From Candidatus Nanoarchaeia archaeon (GTDB taxonomy: Archaea > Nanobdellota > Nanobdellia > Pacearchaeales > GW2011-AR1): 64,000 nucleotides of DNA. The translations under genes and the position numbers were made by a program. Shown here one piece after another: positions 1 to 8,121 of the stretch (positions within the stretch are counted from its first letter, which is position 1; every line of letters starts with the position of its first letter). Under the pieces are notes generated by a model, which had not been told where the DNA came from, did not search any database, and saw nothing but the letters and a program-made list of their open reading frames with translations. The stretch is taken from NCBI GenBank assembly GCA_028711165.1, contig JAQTST010000001.1:300520-364519 (forward strand). The letters run 5' to 3'.

Positions 1-746
1 GAAGTTCCCGGCATTATTTCTTCATTTTCAAGAATTAATTCTAAATTTGTCGGGACTTGTTTTACATGAATGCTGTACTGTGCAGCTCCGTTATTTGTAA
101 TGATTCCTTCGCTGTCTTTTTCATAAGCCTTGATTTCAATAAGATAATCCTGTGCTTTCAAACCTGCGGGCAGAGAGAGGTTCAAACTGAATTTTCCGTC
201 GCTGACTGTTCCTATCTGGGTTGTCTGCAAAGTTGAATTTGAATCGCCTGTTAAAACAGCTGCCTCAATAAATCCGTTAGAAATTTCTCCTGTCTCTTTT
301 GTAACTTTTCCTGTTACCAAAACTCCTTCTCCTGCATCAAATTCTGTTCTTTCCAATGTTCCTGAAACTAATAATTTATCTGAAATTCTGAATGAATTAG
401 TGAGTACATATTCTGAACCAAGAACTGCTTTTATTTTGCATTCACCTTTATTGTTTCCAATTATGCCCCGAATCAGGACGAGGTTTGGGTCGACGAGAGT
501 TATTTCTTCCCCCTGCGATAATTTGACTCCTGTTGTATAGAACCTTATCTCGGTATTGTTGCATATTAAATCCATTGCGAAGATACCTGAGACTTCGTTC
601 ACCACTTTTATCGTTACCGGGACAAAAACGCTGTCTCCTAAATTGTAAGAGGCGGTTAACGGCTCTATGAAAATCATCTCGGCTGAAATGAAAGAAATAA
701 GAGAAATTACCAACGCTAAAAATATTATTACCCCTTTCATTTTCAT
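1..746 (-). CDS. Secreted hypothetical protein, N-terminal part (gene runs off the left edge)
   Basis: Absent from the ORF track because no stop falls in the window. My minus-strand translation from the ATG at 746 (second ATG at 740) reads MKMKGVIIFLALVISLISFISAEMIFIEPLTASYNLGD... and stays open to position 1. The N-terminus looks like a signal peptide. Confidence 0.6.
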   Translation of the reverse strand, partial: MKMKGVIIFLALVISLISFISAEMIFIEPLTASYNLGDSVFVPVTIKVVNEVSGIFAMDLICNNTEIRFYTTGVKLSQGEEITLVDPNLVLIRGIIGNNKGECKIKAVLGSEYVLTNSFRISDKLLVSGTLERTEFDAGEGVLVTGKVTKETGEISNGFIEAAVLTGDSNSTLQTTQIGTVSDGKFSLNLSLPAGLKAQDYLIEIKAYEKDSEGIITNNGAAQYSIHVKQVPTNLELILENEEIMPGT

Positions 747-797
747 ACAAAAATTAGCAGATTATTCTTTATAAATATTGTTCCTTCCTTAGACAAG

Positions 798-805
798 TTT
801 AAAAA
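798..805 (+). promoter_or_regulatory. TATA-like box (TTTAAAAA) 29 nt upstream of the trpS ATG
   Basis: Same box and 29-nt spacing recur at many genes in this window. Confidence 0.5.
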
Positions 806-826
806 TAAATTCTTCTTATTCTATTA

Positions 827-1936
827 ATGAAAGATATTGTTAATCCCTGGGAAGTCAGGGGGGATATTAATTATAATAAATTGATTAAGGAATTTGGGAT
901 TTCTCCGCTGAGACAATTGCCCGATATTTTTGAGAAAAATGTTTTGTTCAGGAGGAAAATTGTCTTTGCTCATCGGGATATTCAGAGAATTCTTGAAGCG
1001 ATAAAGAACAGGAAAAAATTTGCCATGATGACCGGGCTTATGCCGACGGGGAAATTTCATCTTGGACATTTGATTCTTGCACAGCAGATGATTTTTTACC
1101 AGAAACTTGGAGCTAAAATTTATATTGCCGTCGCTGATTTGGAAGCTTACAATGCCAGGGGGCAGAGTTTGGAAGAGAGCAGAAAAATTGCGGTTGAACA
1201 ATATATAACGAATTACATTGCTCTTGGACTTGAACCGAAAAACTGCGAGATTTATTTTCAGAGTGAAAGGAGCAAAGATGCAGAAAAATCAAATGCATAT
1301 TACCGACTGCAAAATCTTCTTGCGAGATACGCGACGTTCAATGAGTTCAAGGCAGTTTACGGAGAAATAAGTCCTGGGAAAATGGTTTCATCTTTGCTTC
1401 AGGCGTCGGATATGATTCACGCGCAGCTGCCAGAGTTCGACGGCAAATGTCCTGTAATTGTTCCTGTTGGAATTGACCAGGACCCGCACATCAGATTAGC
1501 GAGAGACATTTCAAAAAAAATTAAAGATTTTGACTTTATCCAATTGAGTTCGACTTATCATTTATTTATGCCCGGACTTTCGGGGGGCAAAATGAGCTCT
1601 TCTGACGCGAATTCTTTTATTGCACTGACTGATTTACCGAAGGAAGTTGAAACTAAAATCAAGAAATATGCTTTCTCGGGCGGAAGAGATACCTTGGAGG
1701 AACACAGAAAAAAAGGCGGGAATCCTGACGTCGATGTTTCTTTCCAGTATCTGAAATTTTTCTTTGAGCCCGACGATGAAAAGCTGAAAAGGATAGAAGA
1801 AGATTATCGTTCAGGAAAATTATTGACGGGAGAATTGAAAATGATTTTGATTCTGAAAATTAATGAATTTCTAAAGGGACATCAAAAGAAGAGGGAGTTA
1901 GCGAAGAAGTTAGTTGGAAAGTTCATTTCACGATAG
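827..1936 (+). CDS. trpS: Tryptophanyl-tRNA synthetase (archaeal/eukaryotic type)
   Basis: Class I motifs GKFHLGHL (HIGH-like) and KMSSS (KMSKS-like). Full-length 369 aa. Confidence 0.9.
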   Translation: MKDIVNPWEVRGDINYNKLIKEFGISPLRQLPDIFEKNVLFRRKIVFAHRDIQRILEAIKNRKKFAMMTGLMPTGKFHLGHLILAQQMIFYQKLGAKIYIAVADLEAYNARGQSLEESRKIAVEQYITNYIALGLEPKNCEIYFQSERSKDAEKSNAYYRLQNLLARYATFNEFKAVYGEISPGKMVSSLLQASDMIHAQLPEFDGKCPVIVPVGIDQDPHIRLARDISKKIKDFDFIQLSSTYHLFMPGLSGGKMSSSDANSFIALTDLPKEVETKIKKYAFSGGRDTLEEHRKKGGNPDVDVSFQYLKFFFEPDDEKLKRIEEDYRSGKLLTGELKMILILKINEFLKGHQKKRELAKKLVGKFISR

Positions 1937-1972
1937 AATTAATTTTATAAACTTCTGGTATCTACTTTCCTT

Positions 1973-3688
1973 ATGAAGATTTTATTTTTGCACGTGGATT
2001 TTGTCAAGTTCAAGCCGCTGAAAAAAGCGCTGAAAAGCATTGGAGAGTTGTCTGAAAAAGAAAAAGAAGAGAAAACTGTCAAGGAAGCTTTGCTGGTTTT
2101 GACTGCGGTTGAGAAAACTGATTCTGATACTAAAAAAATTGTTGCTAAATTTGTCGAGAATGTCAAGGACGTTGCTAAGCAGGTTAAGGCAGAGAAAATT
2201 GTTTTTTACCCTTACGCTCATTTGTCAAGCAATCTCGCTTCGCCTGAACAAGCGATTGAAGTTATGGACGATGCAGAAAAAGAACTGAAAAAGAATTTCA
2301 GCGTCGTGAGAGCGCCGTTTGGATATTACAAGGAGTTTGAACTTAAAGTCAAGGGACATCCGCTTTCTGAATTAAGCAGAGAAATCAGGATTGACAGCGA
2401 CGGCAAAACAGCAATTGTTGAAGAAAAATATGATTACAAAAGATTGCTGAATGAAATTTCAAAATCAAAACTTGATACTTCAAAATTAAAAGACAACGAC
2501 CACAGAATTATCGGACAGCAGATGGATTTGTTTTCATTTTCTGAGGTTGCACCCGGGATGGTTTTCTGGCACAATAATGGTTTGATAATCAAGAATGAAC
2601 TTATTGATTTCTGGAGGGAAATGCATCGAAAATCTGGCTATCAAGAAATTTCTACGCCGCAAATTATGGACAAGAAACTTTGGCAGATTTCAGGACACTG
2701 GGAAAAATACAAAGATAATAATTTTGTAACTGATTATGAGAAGAGAACTTTTTTGGTTAAGCCGATGAATTGCCCTGGCGGAATGCTGGTTTACAAAAAC
2801 AAACCGAAAAGTTACAAGGAATTGCCGTTGAGAGTTGGCGAAGTCGGAGTTGTTCACCGGGTGGAACTTTCGGGAGTTCTTGCAGGACTTTTCAGAGTTA
2901 TCCAATTCACACAGGATGACGCGCACATTTTCTGCACTGAAGAACAAATTGAAAAAGAAATTTTTGGAGTTATGGAATTGATTAATTTATTTTACAAGAA
3001 ATTCAATCTGGAATTTGACCATGTCGAACTTTCTACCCGTCCTGAAAAAAGAATTGGAAGCGATGCAATGTGGAGCAAGGCAGAAAAACTTTTAGAAGAA
3101 TCATTGAAAAAGAAAAAAATGAAATACAAAATTAATAAGGGTGACGGGGCTTTTTACGGCCCTAAGATTGATTTTCATGTCAAGGATTCTCTAAACAGAA
3201 CTTGGCAGTTGTCGACGATACAGCTTGATTTTTCAATGCCCGAAAGATTTGAACTTGAATACACTGACAAAGACAATTCAAGAAAACGTCCTGTAATGCT
3301 TCACAGAGTTATTTACGGAAGTCTGGAAAGATTCATGGGAATTTTGCTTGAACATACAAACGGAAGATTGCCGACGTGGCTGGCACCTTTCCAAGTTCGT
3401 GTTTTGAGTTTCACTGACAGAAATGTTGATTATGCCAAAAAGATAATTGAGAAAATCGGAAATGAAATTCCTAATGTAAGAATCGACGCTGATTTCAATC
3501 AGTCAACTGTCCAGTCAAAAGTCAAGGACGCTGAAATTATGAGAGTTCCTTATACAATCGTCGTCGGTGACAAGGAAGAAAAGGAAAAAACTTTGGCTGT
3601 TCGAATTAGAGGAAGTAATAAAATCCAGACGATAAAAGCTGATGATTTTATAGAAAAAGTTAAAAAGGAAATTGGAGGTAAATCATAG
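1973..3688 (+). CDS. thrS: Threonyl-tRNA synthetase with archaeal-type N-terminal editing domain
   Basis: Class II core motifs (FRVIQFTQDDAHIF, HRVIYGSLERF), a C-terminal anticodon-binding region, and an N-terminal ~140 aa resembling the archaeal ThrRS editing domain. Confidence 0.9.
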   Translation: MKILFLHVDFVKFKPLKKALKSIGELSEKEKEEKTVKEALLVLTAVEKTDSDTKKIVAKFVENVKDVAKQVKAEKIVFYPYAHLSSNLASPEQAIEVMDDAEKELKKNFSVVRAPFGYYKEFELKVKGHPLSELSREIRIDSDGKTAIVEEKYDYKRLLNEISKSKLDTSKLKDNDHRIIGQQMDLFSFSEVAPGMVFWHNNGLIIKNELIDFWREMHRKSGYQEISTPQIMDKKLWQISGHWEKYKDNNFVTDYEKRTFLVKPMNCPGGMLVYKNKPKSYKELPLRVGEVGVVHRVELSGVLAGLFRVIQFTQDDAHIFCTEEQIEKEIFGVMELINLFYKKFNLEFDHVELSTRPEKRIGSDAMWSKAEKLLEESLKKKKMKYKINKGDGAFYGPKIDFHVKDSLNRTWQLSTIQLDFSMPERFELEYTDKDNSRKRPVMLHRVIYGSLERFMGILLEHTNGRLPTWLAPFQVRVLSFTDRNVDYAKKIIEKIGNEIPNVRIDADFNQSTVQSKVKDAEIMRVPYTIVVGDKEEKEKTLAVRIRGSNKIQTIKADDFIEKVKKEIGGKS

Positions 3689-3732
3689 ATTTACTCTCGA
3701 ACAGAGAGAATCTATTCGACAGAGAGAAAATA

Positions 3733-3969
3733 ATGTTATCTTTAGAAACGCGAATTAACGGAGTTTTGATAAGTCTGGTAAATGTCTGCAACAGAATGGT
3801 TACTGATGGAAAAGGAAATTCTTTTTATGATGTAAAATATTACAACTTTGGGGAAAACCCCTACACTTTTAATTTTGATGTGGTTCATAATCGCGAAGAG
3901 GGGGCAGAAAAACTCCTCCTTAAAATATACCAGCAAGTTGATAAAATAAAAAATAAAATAAAACAATGA
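3733..3969 (+). CDS. Hypothetical protein (78 aa)
   Basis: ORF only. Its stop overlaps the next start (ATGA), suggesting translational coupling. Confidence 0.4.
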   Translation: MLSLETRINGVLISLVNVCNRMVTDGKGNSFYDVKYYNFGENPYTFNFDVVHNREEGAEKLLLKIYQQVDKIKNKIKQ

Positions 3970-4478
3970 ATTCGCAATTTCTGATTGAAAAACTTGAATT
4001 CTCCGACGAATACAAAAAATTCATTGGAGAAAACCCGACGGCATATTTGTGTTCCGGGTTTTTTGATATTGGCACTGAGAAAAATTCTGAGAATAAATAC
4101 CATTTTGATTTTTATGTTCCTGAAACTAAGAAGACTTTTAGTTTTCAGCTGGAAGACGGGAAACTTGTTGAGCTGGAAAGAAATTATGAAGAGAAGATTT
4201 TGGACAAGGTTCTGCTGAACAGGGATTTTGATTTCGACAAGATTAAGGAAAGGATTATGATAGAGATGGAATTGCAGGAGATAAAAAACAAAATTCAGAA
4301 GATGATTTTTTCTCTGCAGAATATCGACGGGAAAGACCTGCTTTTTGGGACTATTTTTTTGTCAGGACTTGGGCTGCTGAAAGTTAATATTGATATTTAT
4401 GACAACAAGATAATTGACTTTGAAAAAAAATCTCTTCTTGATATGATTAAAGTTGTGAAGAAAAATGACAAACCTTAA
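3966..4478 (+). CDS. Hypothetical protein (170 aa)
   Basis: ORF with coding-like composition, overlapping both neighbours. No family recognised. Confidence 0.5.
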   Translation: MNSQFLIEKLEFSDEYKKFIGENPTAYLCSGFFDIGTEKNSENKYHFDFYVPETKKTFSFQLEDGKLVELERNYEEKILDKVLLNRDFDFDKIKERIMIEMELQEIKNKIQKMIFSLQNIDGKDLLFGTIFLSGLGLLKVNIDIYDNKIIDFEKKSLLDMIKVVKKNDKP

Positions 4479-4791
4479 TAGTATAATCTTATTTCCAAAA
4501 TCTCTGGGATTGCTAAACTGCTGTTCTGATAAACATTTTTATGGAGTTCCTGACGCTAAATATATTACATACTTCGGCAATGGCAGAGATAAATCTTTTA
4601 ATCAGCGCGAGGATGATTTTAGGCAAATTCTGAAAAAAGAAGGATTTGATGGAGTTGTCGAATATAAAATTGAAGGAATCTTAGACAATTCTGAATTTTT
4701 ATTCAGCGGAATTCCTGTAAGGAGATTAAAGGATATTGTAGTTTTTCTTCCAAGAAGTGAAATCAAAAAGATTAAACCTTTTCAGCAATGA
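4465..4791 (+). CDS. Hypothetical protein, paralog of 4935..5234
   Basis: Shares NxIILFPxSLxLLNxC...KSFxQxExxFxxILKKxGFDGVxxYxIE...F.GIP with the next ORF. Confidence 0.55.
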   Translation: MTNLNSIILFPKSLGLLNCCSDKHFYGVPDAKYITYFGNGRDKSFNQREDDFRQILKKEGFDGVVEYKIEGILDNSEFLFSGIPVRRLKDIVVFLPRSEIKKIKPFQQ

Positions 4792-4934
4792 AATAGCGCT
4801 CACTTCGTTCGCGGATTTTCTGCACTCAGAACCAAACTCCGTTAAGGTTCTTCGATAATGTAAATTGTTATCGTAGGTAAATTCTAAAAATTCATTACAA
4901 TAATCTTTAAAAATAAAAAATTAATGATGGCATT

Positions 4935-5234
4935 ATGAAAACTTTGAATGATATTATCTTATTCCCACAATCGTTAGAATTGTTAAATGCTTGTTTAGAT
5001 AATTCTTATGGAATTTCTCAAGGGAACGATATTAGATATTCTTGTGATAAAAACAAATCTTTTAGCCAGAATGAGCATGAGTTTAAGAAGATATTAAAAA
5101 AAGCAGGATTCGATGGGGTTATTAGATATTCAATTGAGAAAAAGTTAAATCTACCCGAATATGTGTTTAAAGGAATTCCTATAAATAAGAGAGAATATGT
5201 TGTGATTAAACTCCCAAAAGTTAAAGTTAAATAA
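4935..5234 (+). CDS. Hypothetical protein, paralog of 4465..4791
   Basis: Tandem paralog; conserved blocks as listed for 4465..4791. Confidence 0.55.
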   Translation: MKTLNDIILFPQSLELLNACLDNSYGISQGNDIRYSCDKNKSFSQNEHEFKKILKKAGFDGVIRYSIEKKLNLPEYVFKGIPINKREYVVIKLPKVKVK

Positions 5235-5235
5235 A

Positions 5236-5835
5236 TCAAATCTTCTCAGCAACAAAAATAATCATCTGTTTTGGGTCTTCTTTGAAAATAATTTTGAATC
5301 CTGCTTTTTCAAATAACTTGTAAATCTCTTTGTCGTCGTATAAATAATAATAACGCGCTCCTTTGTCGCGCCAATTTACAAATCGCTCTTTGCTCTTTGC
5401 ATTTCTGAATTTGTTTGACTGTTTGTTCCAGACTCCGACTTCGACTTGAGCGCCTTTTTTCAAAACGCGGAATAATTCTTTTACTGCTTTTTCCCTGTTC
5501 TTTTCCCCCTCGATGCAATGCAATGAGGAAATAAAAATTGCAGCGTCGAAAAAGTTGTCTTCAAAAGGCAGTTTTGTCAAATCAGCGACGACAAATTCAG
5601 CAGAAATCTTTTTCTTCTTTGCTTTTTCTTTCGCGAGTTCAATCATTTTTTCAGAGAAATCGACAAGATACATTTTTCCCTTTGAAATTTTCATTAAGTG
5701 CCTTCCTGCTCCGCTTCCCAAATCTAAAATATTTCCTTTTTTTCCTTTTAGAAATTCCTCGACGTGATGGGCGGGGTGGATTTTAAATTCGCTCCATTCT
5801 TCTGCGATGTTGTTCCAGACTTGGTGCTGATTCAT
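5236..5835 (-). CDS. Class I SAM-dependent methyltransferase
   Basis: Motif I ILDLGSGAGRH, an acidic post-I residue (LVDFS), and a typical ~200 aa Methyltransf_11-like layout. Confidence 0.8.
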   Translation of the reverse strand: MNQHQVWNNIAEEWSEFKIHPAHHVEEFLKGKKGNILDLGSGAGRHLMKISKGKMYLVDFSEKMIELAKEKAKKKKISAEFVVADLTKLPFEDNFFDAAIFISSLHCIEGEKNREKAVKELFRVLKKGAQVEVGVWNKQSNKFRNAKSKERFVNWRDKGARYYYLYDDKEIYKLFEKAGFKIIFKEDPKQMIIFVAEKI

Positions 5836-5906
5836 GGGGGAATAGAGAAATGGGGAATTTTAAAATTATTGATAAGTCTTATTCAACTGCAATTTCGCTC
5901 GTCTAT

Positions 5907-5922
5907 CCCCCCCCCCCCCCCC
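5907..5922. repeat. Homopolymeric C16 tract (G16 on the minus strand)
   Basis: Counted directly: 16 consecutive C. It is intergenic, about 42-57 nt upstream of the methyltransferase TATA-like box and 65 nt downstream of the HEPN-like gene stop. Confidence 0.95.
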
Positions 5923-5986
5923 AAGCCGAAAAAATTGTACTTCCGAAATTTCTTAAATTATCACCTCTTTTTTAGAAAATAAATCC

Positions 5987-6466
5987 TTAGACTTCTGTCT
6001 CTGACTCTAAAATTGACACAGCACCTTCCATTATTATTCCAACTAAATAGTCATAAATTCCCCCGTGTTCTTTGTGTAAATTCTCCCAATTCAATTCTTT
6101 AGTCTTTGGGATATATTTCTTTTCAGTTCCCTTAAGAGCAATATTATGAGCAAAAATATTTCTTATCTTGTAAAACCTATCAACCTTATTGTCAAAATCT
6201 TTCGGGAATTTTATTTTTGGATAATCCCTTTTAATAATCTCTCTTACAATCCTCAATTTAGTAATTATCCCTGCATTTTGGAAAAAATATTTATTAAATA
6301 TTCTAATTTTTTCTTCATCGATATTTTTTTCTGACCAAAATTTTTGTTTAAATCCAAAAAATCTATCTATTATATCTTCTGCAATATTGTCTATGTAAAT
6401 TGTGTTTATAATCACATCTGCTAAAAGTTCTCTTGGAGGTTCATCTGTCATTTTATTCCCCTTCAA
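5987..6466 (-). CDS. HEPN-like domain protein (RNxxxH motif)
   Basis: The C-terminal half carries FYKIRNIFAHN, an Rx4H motif in the helical context typical of HEPN/MtlR-like proteins. It overlaps the 3' end of the upstream gene by 14 nt. Confidence 0.45.
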   Translation of the reverse strand: MKGNKMTDEPPRELLADVIINTIYIDNIAEDIIDRFFGFKQKFWSEKNIDEEKIRIFNKYFFQNAGIITKLRIVREIIKRDYPKIKFPKDFDNKVDRFYKIRNIFAHNIALKGTEKKYIPKTKELNWENLHKEHGGIYDYLVGIIMEGAVSILESETEV

Positions 6467-7745
6467 ACTTCATCAACGTGAAAACTTTTTGATTTGCCTG
6501 TTCTAATTTTTCTCTCCCCTTGAGCTCTGGAAGTTCTATCGGGAAACAGCATTCAACAATTTCCCCTTGAAGTTGTGTGATTAATTTGCAGGAAGCAAGT
6601 GCTGTTCCGCCTGTTGCAATCAGATCGTCTACGAGAAGAATCTTCTGCTTTGGAGAAATTGCATCTTTGTGAATCTCGACGCTGTCAACTCCGTATTCCA
6701 AATTATAAGGTTCTGAAATTGTTTCGGCAGGAAGTTTTCCTGGTTTTCTGATAAGAACTAATCCTGTTCCTAATCTTCCTGCAAGCATTCCAGCGAGGAC
6801 AAATCCCCGTGATTCAATTCCTGCAACAGCGTCGATTGCAAAATCTTTGTATCTGTCATAAAGCATGTCAATTAATTTTCTCAACGCATCTTTGTCTTTC
6901 AACAAAGTTGTAATATCTCTGAACATAATTCCCTGCTTGGGGAAATTTGGAATTGTCCTTATGCTCTCTTTCAATTTTCTTATCTCTTCATCTCTTGAAA
7001 AAGAATTAATTGTTTCGAGCAAAACTTTTTTCACTCTCTCGGTGTTTTCCCTCATCACCATTCTGATAACTTCCCAGCTTGCGGGCTCCTCGTCTTCTTT
7101 CCAGCAGTCATAATCCGTCGACATCGCGATAACTCCGTAAGGAACTTCTGCCTCATTCGCGAGAATTGCTTCAGGTGCAATTGACATATTAATTACATCT
7201 GCACCAAACTGCTGAAACATCTTGCTCTCTGCTTTTGTCGAGAATCTCGGCCCTTCAATTGTAACGACTGTTCCTTTCTCATGATAAGCGTGTCCTAACT
7301 TATGACAGGATTCAATTAATTTTTTTCTTAAAATATTAGAGAAAGGTTCTGGCATCGGCGTGTGAACTGGACCAAATTCAAACTGCTCGAAGAAAGTAAG
7401 TTTTCTCTGCTTTGTGAAATCAATAAACTGGTCGAGAATTACAAAATCTCCGCGCCTGATATCTTCTCTTAGCGAACCGACTGCTGTCGTCGCTATTATG
7501 TATTTGCATCCCTCATTTTTCAGTGCGAAAATATTTGCTCGGTTATTTACCTGCGTCGGTGGAATCTCGTGTTTTACTCCGTGACGGGAAATTATGAAAA
7601 CATCGACGCCATTTATTCTTCCTGTTGTTATCGGAGAAGAAGGTTTTCCGAACGGCGTGTCAACTTCTTTCTGTTTAAAGTTTTCAAGAAGCTCGGGATT
7701 TTCCAGCCCAGAACCTCCAATCACACCTATTTTCAACGCTGCCAT
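6453..7745 (-). CDS. mtnP-apt: Fusion protein: 5'-methylthioadenosine phosphorylase (N-terminal) plus adenine phosphoribosyltransferase (C-terminal)
   Basis: The N-terminal ~260 aa is MTAP/PNP-like (KIGVIGGSGL..., ISRHG, ATTAVGSL). The C-terminal ~170 aa is APRT-like (FRDITTLL, VAGIESRGF, the PRPP loop LLVDDLIATGGT). I chose the ATG at 7745 (MAALKIGVIGGSG), not the track start at 7817, because a TATA-like box lies ~28 nt upstream of it. Confidence 0.8.
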   Translation of the reverse strand: MAALKIGVIGGSGLENPELLENFKQKEVDTPFGKPSSPITTGRINGVDVFIISRHGVKHEIPPTQVNNRANIFALKNEGCKYIIATTAVGSLREDIRRGDFVILDQFIDFTKQRKLTFFEQFEFGPVHTPMPEPFSNILRKKLIESCHKLGHAYHEKGTVVTIEGPRFSTKAESKMFQQFGADVINMSIAPEAILANEAEVPYGVIAMSTDYDCWKEDEEPASWEVIRMVMRENTERVKKVLLETINSFSRDEEIRKLKESIRTIPNFPKQGIMFRDITTLLKDKDALRKLIDMLYDRYKDFAIDAVAGIESRGFVLAGMLAGRLGTGLVLIRKPGKLPAETISEPYNLEYGVDSVEIHKDAISPKQKILLVDDLIATGGTALASCKLITQLQGEIVECCFPIELPELKGREKLEQANQKVFTLMKFEGE

Positions 7746-7835
7746 TTCTAAAAATAACAAAAATAATTTAAAAGTATTATATCGATGCAAAATATATAAT
7801 GAAAAGTTTTTAAACAAGTTTTATTTAGTTAATCT

Positions 7836-8081
7836 ATGGTTGATATAGCATCATTATTGGGCGGGACGATTTTCTTCTGGATAATACTTAGTTTGATTAC
7901 TGGAGGATTATTTATCTTCTTTTTTGTATTCTGGATTTTAATGCTTGTTGATTGCATTCAGAAAAAGTTCAAAGAAGATGTCGAGAAAATTGTCTGGATT
8001 CTTGTGCTAATCTTCACAGGAGTTTTGGGAGCATTAATTTATTATTTCGTTGTGAAGAAAAAAAGCAAGAAGAGAAAATAA
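7836..8081 (+). CDS. Small membrane protein, PLD nuclease N-terminal (PLDc_N)-like
   Basis: Two TM helices with WILMLVDCI...KIVWILVLIF..LGALIYYFV, which resembles the PLDc_N pattern (recalled family). Confidence 0.6.
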   Translation: MVDIASLLGGTIFFWIILSLITGGLFIFFFVFWILMLVDCIQKKFKEDVEKIVWILVLIFTGVLGALIYYFVVKKKSKKRK

Positions 8082-8092
8082 TTCTCGTTTAA

Positions 8093-8100
8093 TTTAAATA
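8093..8100 (+). promoter_or_regulatory. TATA-like box (TTTAAATA) 29 nt upstream of the elp3 ATG
   Basis: Spacing rule shared across the window. Confidence 0.5.
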
Positions 8101-8121
8101 GGGTTTTTTTATTGTTTTCAT

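Noticed and set aside
448-1298. Track ORFs 448..750(-), 824..1201(-) and 1113..1298(-)
   Set aside because: 448..750 is out of frame with the much longer open minus-strand gene (1..746), which has a clear signal peptide. The other two are antisense to trpS and have low-complexity, stop-avoiding composition. I treat all three as spurious.
4792-4934. Spacer between the tandem paralogs as an inverted, diverged copy of the long leader-repeat insert (shared ACTTCGTTC, TTTCTG, GAAC strings)
   Set aside because: The matches are short and need several gaps, so they cannot be told apart from chance by eye.
5764-5982. ORF encoding ...SSIPPPPPKPKK
   Set aside because: The proline run is simply the C16 homopolymer read in frame. 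The ORF overlaps the methyltransferase start in antisense and has no start context. It is an artefact.
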